A DNA stretch of 63,455 nucleotides, the filler included, from Diploschistes diacapsis (Eukaryota): NCBI GenBank assembly GCA_023645945.1. It is 9 parts of 9 records of this genome, joined end to end, with 100 filler letters (N's around TTAATTAATTAA, not from the genome) between each part and the next. Parts side by side here need not be neighbours in the genome. Positions count along the whole stretch, not along the records: positions 54,418 to 58,891 come from JALAIB010001701.1; positions 58,992 to 63,455 come from JALAIB010001702.1; 7 more parts are not named here. One strand, 5' to 3'. A program made the translations under genes and the position numbers. The notes below the pieces were generated by a model that ran no database searches, had not been told where the DNA came from, and saw only the letters and a program-made list of their open reading frames with translations. Each line of letters starts with the position of its first letter. Position 1 is the stretch's first letter. Positions 54,706 to 63,455 of the stretch are shown one piece after another.

Positions 54706-55169
54706 TTTTACCTGTAGATGCCTAGCTACACGTAATCCTTCCGGATCAGGCCCAGCCCCCGGTAGTGTAGTATCTCATTCCTGCGCTGGCGTTTCACTAT
54801 TCGTGGATTCTTTTATCTTTATTTAATTATTTTGTCGTTCTTCTTATATATTAAACCTTTGATCGATACCTCGTCTCTACTTAATTGGAGATAGAGACCA
54901 TAATAAACGTATTATAAGGTTGTCGTCGAGGTACTAGGTGTCATGCCCGGGATCAGCCAGTAACGAAAGGACATGAGCCCACATGTATAGGCGCAATATC
55001 ACTATTTCCACTACACGTAGTTCTTACTCCAAATACACGCATTTTTAGCCTGAATCGTACGCTTGTTTCTCGGTCACTCGTTATACTCATTCAGCCTTCA
55101 ACGCTGTAGCATCGCCGTTAGTTGATTACCCAAGTCGGCTCAACAGCATGGTTTTTCATTCTAGGCGCA

Positions 55170-56828
55170 ATGAGTGAAGCCGATTTCATCACTGCCGACC
55201 CGTTTGCAGATCCGTCTGTCCACAGTTTACAACATGATACCGAGGACGCGTCCACGCTCGATGTCGGACGTAATGCCTCCCTAACATTGGGCACCGACTC
55301 TCTGATTGTGCTAGGTATGTCTCTACCTCCACCGCCCTCCTGATGTCGCCAGCGTAGACTGACTGCTTGAAGATGAAGGATTCATAGCGCAGAGATCTCC
55401 ACCGTGCTGTGGTATTTTTCCTAAAGGTAATAGCCCAACATACCCAATACGAGCCGCAGCTTAACCCTTCTAGAAACCAAAACCACTCGAGCAATCCCGT
55501 TCTTCCATGTCCTGTGGGTTGAACTCGAAGAATTCGATATAGTAATTCATTATGCTCATCAAACCTCCAAAGACGTTGTTCGTGTCGCCATCATCCGTTA
55601 TCTTGTTGACAAGCTGGATCGGTCAAAGACTAGCCAGTGGGCCGCCAAGTTACTAGATAAGGCATACGGTGAATCGCAGAGAAACAAGCGGGTTAAGGTG
55701 TTAATAAATCCGTTCGGCGGCAAAGGAAGTGCACAGAAATGGTACGATCGAGATATAGAGCCCATTTTTCTCGCAGCGCGTTGCACCGTCGACGTTGAAC
55801 GGACCCGCTTTAAGGGGCATGCGGTCGAGATCGCAAACGACGTTGACATCGAAGCTTTTGATGTCATAGCCACGTGTTCTGGTGACGGCTTACCACACGA
55901 AGTCTTCAATGGCCTGGCGAGAAAGTCCAACGCGAGGAGGGCTTTACGGAATATCGCTGTGGTACAGCTCCCGTGCGGGACTGGCAACGCCATGAGCTGG
56001 AGCCTTAACGGCACGGATAGCACAAGTCTAGCCACCCTTTGCATTGTCAAGGGTATACGCACCCCAATGGATTTAGTCTCGATTACACAAGGAAACACTA
56101 GGACCTTGTCTTTCTTGTCTCAGGCCGTCGGCCAAATTGCTGAAAGTGACTTGGGCACTGAACATCTAAGGTGGCTAGGCGATGCCAGGTTCAACTACGG
56201 AATTCTTACTAGACTATTGAAGAAGGCAATCTACCCTTGCGACATCGCCATCAAAGTTGCAATCAACAGTAAACCAGACATCAAAGAGCATTTCCGTGCA
56301 AAGTGTGCAAGCCGGACATCCCTGGAGGAGCATAGCAGGAAACCGGTGCCTCGCGATTTATCGCGACTAGATGGCGAGCTCGGACTTCCACCGTTGAGGT
56401 TTGGTACGATCGCAGATGATTTACCATTGGATTGGAATCTTATCTCTTACGATAGGCTCGGTAACTTTTATTGTGGCAATATGGTATATGTCGCTGCCAA
56501 GTCGCCCTTTTTTGCTGCCACCCTTCCACATGACGGCCTTATGGACTTAGTAACTGTTGACGGCGACATCAGCCGCACTGCGGCAATCAAATTACTGCTC
56601 GCCGTTGAAAAGAACAAACTATTCGATATGCCCCTTGTGAACTATCAGAAGATTCTGGGGTACCGAATAATTCCAAGAGGTAGCAAGGACGGCTACATAA
56701 GCATTGATGGAGAACGCGTACCATTCGCACCATTCCAAGCAGAAGTTCATCACGGTCTTGGGACGGTCCTTTCAAGGAATGGCCACTCATACGAAGCCGA
56801 AGGTCTTTCTCTAGTTGACAGGGTATGA
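55170..56828 (+). CDS. LCB4: Sphingoid long-chain base (sphingosine) kinase, 3 exons
   Basis: LINPFGGKG, CSGDGLPHEVFNGL, LPCGTGNAM, ESDLGTEHLRWLGDARF, GYISIDGE. Confidence 0.94.
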
Positions 56829-57013
56829 TGACGTATACCTGGTTCCTGCCGCACCATCAAGTGTGTTCCTTGGTGAAATACGAAAATTGAAGACGCTCAG
56901 CCAGCAGTTGATCTCGAAAATCTTATAACGCTATCTGACGGTATATTACATCTAAATGTGACCTTTTAGCGGTTCCACTTGTCCTCGCTCTCTTCTGATC
57001 CTTTCGAAATATC

Positions 57014-58007
57014 TCAGGCTTTGCTAGCAGCAGATTCTTGCTTCACCGTGGCCCAAGTACTCAAGCGTTCATCGTCCAAGACTTCCTGCGCTCGGGCCTT
57101 CAGAATCTTCGTTCTGCCGGTCTCTTTGGCTTTGACGACAATTGTCAATATTTCCGCTAAGGGGGCCTTCCTTTCTTCGTCTACCTTGCCCAGTTCGTCA
57201 ACCCAAACGTCCAGAATATGATACCTCAGTCCATCACTGACTCGACCTTCGATTTCCACTAACATGTCTTCGATGATCTTAAGGTAATCTGAGGTTATGT
57301 CTTTGGGCCAGGAGCGTTGATGTAGATATGCAAAGGCGGCATGGACATAATTTCGTATGAGCAAGAGAAACTTGTTCAACCTTAGCGAATCTATCAACTG
57401 GAAATTCGTCGTTAATGTCGTCCAGAAAGCAGCTAAAAATGGCACGAAAAGGACGGTCCTTATAGTATTAACAAGCTGCGCGAGTGAGGATGCTAGCTTT
57501 TGCTGGGCCTGCGGCCGGTCACAATGCCACATGCCTATCAATATCTAGTAAGTACAGGCTGACGACGGAGCACAGGTAGATGGAACATCTTTCGCTGGGC
57601 ATTTGGATACATACAAAAGAAGAGACCTTTCCAGGTCTTAAGAAGCTCCAAATTCGTGAGAGTACGATCAGAAGCCAGGAAGACTTGTAATGAGGTTACA
57701 GCTTTCTCCCGCGTCGGGCGGTCTAACATGTGAATGTCAGCTCATAATTTGCGAGGTTTGATTGGAGAGTCTCAGATCTAGGGCCACAATAACAGCTTGG
57801 GCTATTCGAGCTTGTGCCTCGTACTTAGGACAGAATATGTAGAGATAATGGCTCGCGTAGCAAAATAGGTACAAAATATCTACGGAGAGTCGAATCATCC
57901 GTGATATCCACAAGTAGAGCAAACTGTGCTCTTGGAAGGGTTATCTTACCGCTTGATGCTAGTTGCTTGACAAACGGTGTTTCCTGAATAGAAGCGGAAG
58001 CCGCCAT
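57014..58007 (-). CDS. RRP1: rRNA processing protein Rrp1/Nop52 (3 exons)
   Basis: TPFVKQLASS-DRPTREKAV..LLKTWKGLFFC-MWHCDRP..QQKLA..IDSLRLNKFLLLIR..GLRYHILDVWVDEL. Confidence 0.9.
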
Positions 58008-58999
58008 GTTGCTAGGGTTGAGATTTTGAAGGAAAAGAACACAGTGGACCACAGGAAACGAAAGATACTACTTCCGTAATATATTTAGTAAAACTAGAGA
58101 AAACTATCTCAGCCGTATGCTCCGAAGATGTAAGGATTCTGTAATGTCTTGTTGAGAAACGTTGGTTCGATGTATAAGCATACAGCCTGTTTAGTGCATT
58201 GAGCCCTGTTCTGCGCCCTCCTCACAAAATGGGGAATGAGGCCAGCTTACTGTAAATGGTAACAGCCGCCCGAGGTCTTGCCAACCCAGCGGGGCAATCC
58301 CTTCCCATTCCGATAGTTTAAGTGAATAAAGTCTAAAAACTCTCAACAATCAAAACAATAGGATATAAATTAAATATAAATAAATAAACATATACCTCAA
58401 GGTTTAACATACAGCTTCCATATTCAATTATAACCTTGCAATATGATACAGCGGTTTTTAATCTTTTTCTGGCCGTCTAAAATGTTAGCTCTTTTCTTGA
58501 TAAAGCACACCCACGATTCAAGATGAGAAATTTGATCATTCAGCATTCGACATCGTCCCAACTAAGCCATCACTGGCCTTGAGACGTCTAGAAATATCAT
58601 TCCTTTGTATATATAATTAATTACGGAAATCTTCACGCATATCCGCTAGCACGTGCTCCACTAACATTTCAAATCTATGCCTAGGGCCAAAGGAGTGCAT
58701 CTCGGGGCATAGGGTTTTCAGAGGTACTTGCTTTTTGAAAGAACAATCTATACAGTACTAGGCCAAAAGTAGTTAGGTCCACCATAAGCGGTAGTAAATA
58801 AACATTCAACTCTTGCTATTATTCTTCTAATTATGCCACCACAACGCCGTTTGAAGCCCTTCGAGCGTTCGGAGCTCCTCGGCGCCCTTTANNNNNNNNN
58901 NNNNNNNNNNNNNNNNNNNNNNNNNNNNNNNNNNNTTAATTAATTAANNNNNNNNNNNNNNNNNNNNNNNNNNNNNNNNNNNNNNNNNNNNGTTCTTTT

Positions 59000-59035
<36 letters not shown>

Positions 59036-59118
59036 TTTTTCGAATATGGGAGCTTCTGGAGCTTGGGATTGGAGTGGATTCAACTTGTCGGATGATGATG
59101 ATGATGATGATGATGATG
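59000..59118. repeat. Microsatellites (CTTT)n near 59000-59034 and (GAT)9 near 59091-59117
   Basis: Direct reading of tandem units. Confidence 0.9.
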
Positions 59119-60966
59119 AAGCAGGCGGAAGCTGAGTAGAGCAAAGCAGTTTTTTTTTTGCGCGAGATTCTGACTAGTTCTTGTGTGTTCGCCGGAGGGA
59201 GGTGGGAAGGGCCGGCAAGCCTTGTTGTACATACATGCAAAAGGGCGTAGGGTTGCTGCAATGCGGCCCCAAGGGAGAGAGATATGTCGACTGGCGCCCC
59301 CTCGAGTTTCTACGGGGACGGAACGGAGCGGAGTGGGGAGGAGTCGGGTTCGGATTGCAGAGATGGTGGGAGTCGGTGGAGATGCTGGTGGGGTGGGCTG
59401 TTGTTGTTCCTTGTTGCTATTTTGCTGGGGAAAGAATGGGGGAAGCAGTACCGCGCTTGTGTGTATCTTACGACAGATGTTCGTTCATTCCACAGTAACG
59501 GCGGACGAGAAGGGGGTGTCGCGGCATAATGGTGTTACTGGAAGCTAGATGGGGATTGTGCTGCGGCAGGAGTGTGTACGTTGCTTGTGGATGAAACAGA
59601 CGTGAAGTAGCAGCGGTTCGAATGACGAGGGACTTTTCCGTTGTATCGGCGTGGCTGTATTACTGGGGCGAGGGGAACAGGGGCAGTACAATGTAAGGGG
59701 TTTTGTGAGGATTCGTTAATAGAGATGGCGCCGTGTAAATTGCTGCTTGGGGAAATTAGGAGACGAAAGCTTCCTTGCCCTGAAAGCGCCCATTGGGGTA
59801 CGAAGTGCACTGGTCGAATCGAGCGACGTGCTTCACGCTGGAGAAACCTGCAACTTGGTTGGCGGAGGGAGTGGTTGGTAAGGCTGACAGAGGTGTCAAA
59901 ACAAAGCTTTAGGGTCGCAGCAGCTTCGGTGCTAATTGGTGTTGCACTTGTATCTTCGGGGATTGACAAATTTGAGTCAGAGGAAGCATAAAGCTGTTAA
60001 CTTGTTCAAAGCAAGGCCAGGCTTTCGTCTTGGCCCTGGCTCGAGTCCCGGCGTGATGCATCCGGTAGGTGTTGTGCACATCGGCTGCCAATCAACGCAT
60101 TTATTTGCTGTGGTGTACGGCCAGATGGGATGTGGAACCTTGTTTGCGCTGCTACGGTAAATCCTCTCTATAGAGCTGTCAGTTGTCAGACGCGGGACCT
60201 GCGGCTCGAACATACATTTTATCATCTATGATGAGAAATGACTTGTAACTACGCGCCACAAGCTAAGGGCAAGATCAAGCGCTGCCCAATCAGGTAGATG
60301 TACCAGGCCAGAAAAGTCGCTTCTCTGCCGCAAATCCATCCAGCATTCCAGATGAGGCGTTACACTCTATAGGTATGACACGACATGAGATACCTTCTCT
60401 GGCCAACAACATATCCCTCGCTCCCACTATCAAGTAATCTCCTTGTGTGGGGCAAAAAGACCCAACACTTCTCCGATCAGGATCTTTTGCTGCAGGATAG
60501 CTGCAAGCTTCCGATTGAAGGGAAAACCCTACCTCCCTTGCCTACCGCAAAGGCCACGGGGCCGCCGTAAACATCGTTGAGAATCATCCCGTCGACCCGA
60601 CCGTAAGCTACATAGCTTCGTAGATAAAAAGATTCTGCCTTCGAAGCGGCTATTATGGCTTCCACCGTGAACCTAATGGACTTAGACTCTCATCCACCAC
60701 AAACACTCTTTCAAGTCTTGCCGGATTTTACCTGAAGCGACTTTCAACCACGCTATAGCCATCTAGTGCAATTTGAATTCGTATCAGTCGTGCCTTCTCC
60801 TCGTTACAGAAACCTTGAATGCTTTTCAGCTCTGCAGAAATTTCCTGGTAGAGAAGTTTCAATCTTTTGAGCCATATCTCAGCTTTCAAGCTCTCGCCTT
60901 CGTTTACTCTAATGATCCAGCGTCGGAAATTCTTTGAATTCATTCTAGGACAGTATCGTGGTCCCG

Positions 60967-62298
60967 ATGGACGAAGCAGCTGTCACTTACCGCCAGCACA
61001 GTCTGACTGGGCCTGGCGGTAGCTTGTTCTCTATAACCATCGGTCTTTTGATCGCGGTTATGTGCTCTCTATTCATACGCCTAGTATCCAAGAAGATGTC
61101 ACGTCGTGGTATCGGTCTTGATGACGGCATGGTCATCGCTGCTGTTGTAAGTTCACGGCTGCCCTATCAGGCAACGAGTAGCCTAGCAAGGACTCGACTC
61201 GCTCGACATCAGCACAAGCAGGGGAAAAAATGGTCAACAGCTAACCATAACCCGAACAGATGTTCGATACTATCATGGCTGCTGTGGTCATCGTCAGTAT
61301 GCAAAGGCAGAAATCGAGAACGTACTTGGTAAATCATTCTGACAAATTGTAGCGGTCTATTATGGGTTCGGCAATCATCAAGACACACTAAGTCCCGCCG
61401 ACGCAAAGATTGCCTTGCAGGTATGAATGACAGTCATGTGCTAAGCAGAAACTAAACTCACTCTTCAATCAGATGTTTTGGCTTTCTCAAATCTTCTACA
61501 AAATTGTCATCTGTCTTACCAAGTGTTCCTTCCTGACCTTCTATCTGGCTGTCTTTCCTCAATCTTCAAATCGGTGGTTCATGATCTTTGACTTGACAAT
61601 CATGGCATATGTGGTTTTATACACCATTGCAAGTGTTGGAGCCACGATCGGTCAATGTACACCCGTATCGTTCGTATGGGATAAGGTCGGTAAGACAGGA
61701 ACCTGCATTAACGTCACGGCATTCTGGTTTGCGAATGCAGCAGCAAGCATCAGCAGCGATGTTATGGTTATTGTTCTTCCCTGCACCGTATGCTTCAAGC
61801 TTCAAGTCAGCCGCAAAGCCAAGGTCGGACTGCTTTTAATCTTCTCCGTTGGTGTCTTGTAAGCTGGGCCGTAGATAAATTTGGAATATGGGCGAAGAGC
61901 TGACCACCCACAGCGTCATCGCTACCTCAATTGCTCGCGTGACCACCCTCGACACATCGTCCAAAAGTAGCGACATTCTTACCGGTACCTTGACTTCCAC
62001 TGTCTGGACTACTATTGAGGCCAACACTGCCATAATTTGTGCGTGCCTGCCGTCATTCAAGCGTCCAATGAAAGAGCTCGTTGTTCGCGTTTTTCCTAAT
62101 AGCCGTCTTGCTCGATCTGAGAGAAGCCACCAAGCCGGCTATATGTCCAACCGGAATGGTAGGGACGATGATGTGCCCCTTGGCGGGATTGCAATTCGTA
62201 CAGATGTGGATGTCGAATTCGAGCAACGCTCTCGCGAACCTTCTACGGTCAGCAGCCATGGTCCCAAGACTCGCGTTGAAGCTCGGGAAATGGCTTGA
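60967..62298 (+). CDS. PTH11-like integral membrane protein (fungal rhodopsin domain, no CFEM), about 5 exons
   Basis: GLDDGMVIAA, YYGFGNH, TKCSFLTFYL, QCTPVSFVWDK..GTCIN, SDVMVIVLP, WTTIEANTAIICACLP. Confidence 0.88.
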
Positions 62299-62943
62299 GC
62301 ATCGTCGCAGTTGAGCATCCGCACATACATATGGAGGTCGGTTCATTATGTCAAGAAAAGGATGTATGTCTCATCATGTTTCGAGATTTTCTAAGAGGTG
62401 GACATCTCTGCACATCTGCATTCCATACCTCCAAGACTCGATGGTGGGAGAGCCACTTGAGCTAGCAGTGGTCCCAGCCGTTACTTGTTTGTCAAAGTTG
62501 GATGGATGGCAGAGATATACAACGATCACATCTGCCCTCCCCACAAAGAGTTGGAGATTATACAAAAGCATCAATAGCCCTTGTAATCAATTATTCTATT
62601 CGAGTATGAGTTGACTAGAAGTTTTTCCTGTTCAAGTGTGGAACTTAATGAAGAACGTGCAAACCAACAAATTTCTCACCATAGAAGAAAAAGATCACAA
62701 TAGTTTGTCTGTTCACGTGCTTCAGCTGCATCGAACCATCTCGGTCCGACTTTGCTCCGTCTCTAACCGCATGTCCTTTCCCACAAGAACTCAGCCTTTC
62801 GAACTCACTGATACTAGTCCGTATAAAGAAACACCTTGGACATGATCGTAAAGCTGAACACAGGACGGTGTTAGCAAATAGCCCTTACCACAATGTTATG
62901 AAACACCTGAGCAGTTCCGTCTCATAACAGATACTTGATCATC

Positions 62944-63455
62944 ATGCCTCCGGCACGGCGCCTCCCGAGGGCCAGCCAATCCGGCGCCGATGGAGGGGCG
63001 CCTTCCGCTTCCTCTTCAACACCTGGCCCCCCAAACACAGCACCACCACAGCAAGCAGCCCCAGCCGCAGCTAGTTCCCAATGGACCACCGCCAACGCTA
63101 CAGAGTCCGAAGCCGCAGGATCTTCCGAATCTTCCGGGCCTCCCCGGCCACCGCCCACCACAGGATCCTCTCATCCATCCACATCCACGCAGAAACGACA
63201 AGGAACAGCCCAACCACCACCAACGCCAACCATGCTCCCACCAACCCTCACAGCCCGCTCCGTCTACCGCCTGAAATACCAGCCCCGCTCTTCCGCGCGC
63301 AGGAGCCAAGCGGAGCGCGAAGCGCAGGAAGCTGCCGAGGGTGAGCGGCTGCGGCGTCGGAATGAGGCTGTGAATCAGGGCTTTGAGCGGGGTGGGTTTC
63401 GAGGCAGGGGTAGGGGTAGGGGAAGAGGGAGAGGAGGTTTTAGCGGGGGGTTGAG
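62944..63455 (+). CDS. N-terminal part of a probable RNA polymerase III subunit RPC4/Rpc53 (runs off window)
   Basis: Open frame from ATG 62944 to window end (absent from the ORF track): low-complexity start, then LKYQPRSSARRSQAEREAQEAAEGERLRRR and RGRGRG repeats. The diagnostic C-terminal domain is not visible. Confidence 0.55.
   Translation, partial: MPPARRLPRASQSGADGGAPSASSSTPGPPNTAPPQQAAPAAASSQWTTANATESEAAGSSESSGPPRPPPTTGSSHPSTSTQKRQGTAQPPPTPTMLPPTLTARSVYRLKYQPRSSARRSQAEREAQEAAEGERLRRRNEAVNQGFERGGFRGRGRGRGRGRGGFSGGL

Overview
Eukaryotic, intron-rich filamentous ascomycete (Pezizomycotina-like) DNA. The window is not one locus. It is nine contigs concatenated with artificial 100-nt spacers (44 N + TTAATTAATTAA + 44 N); eight are about 4.46-4.49 kb in non-increasing size order and one is 26.8 kb, so adjacency across spacers is meaningless. 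About 28 genes are recognisable, mostly housekeeping: GLR1, SYF2, COQ11-like, FOL2, MRPL23, TMA22, PRO1, ZRC1, DUF202, C78 peptidase, SES1, RHEB, WAPL, FUR1, ELF1, URC1/urg1, RPS1, an ABHD11-like hydrolase, MDH, TRS33, NpgA PPTase, LCB4, RRP1, a PTH11-like receptor and a probable partial RPC53. Contig ends carry AT-rich transposon debris: a RIP-type mutated PIF/Harbinger element nested in a pogo-type MITE, other MITEs and a 15-bp minisatellite. Best leads: (1) a repeat-flanked contig with a head-to-head pair of a PD-(D/E)XK-like putative nuclease and a highly divergent casein kinase 1, reminiscent of a split Spok-type nuclease/kinase module; (2) a probable CUG-initiated mitochondrial presequence on glutathione reductase; (3) linkage of UPRT with URC1. 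All calls come from motif recognition by eye; no database searches were run, and exon boundaries are manual.
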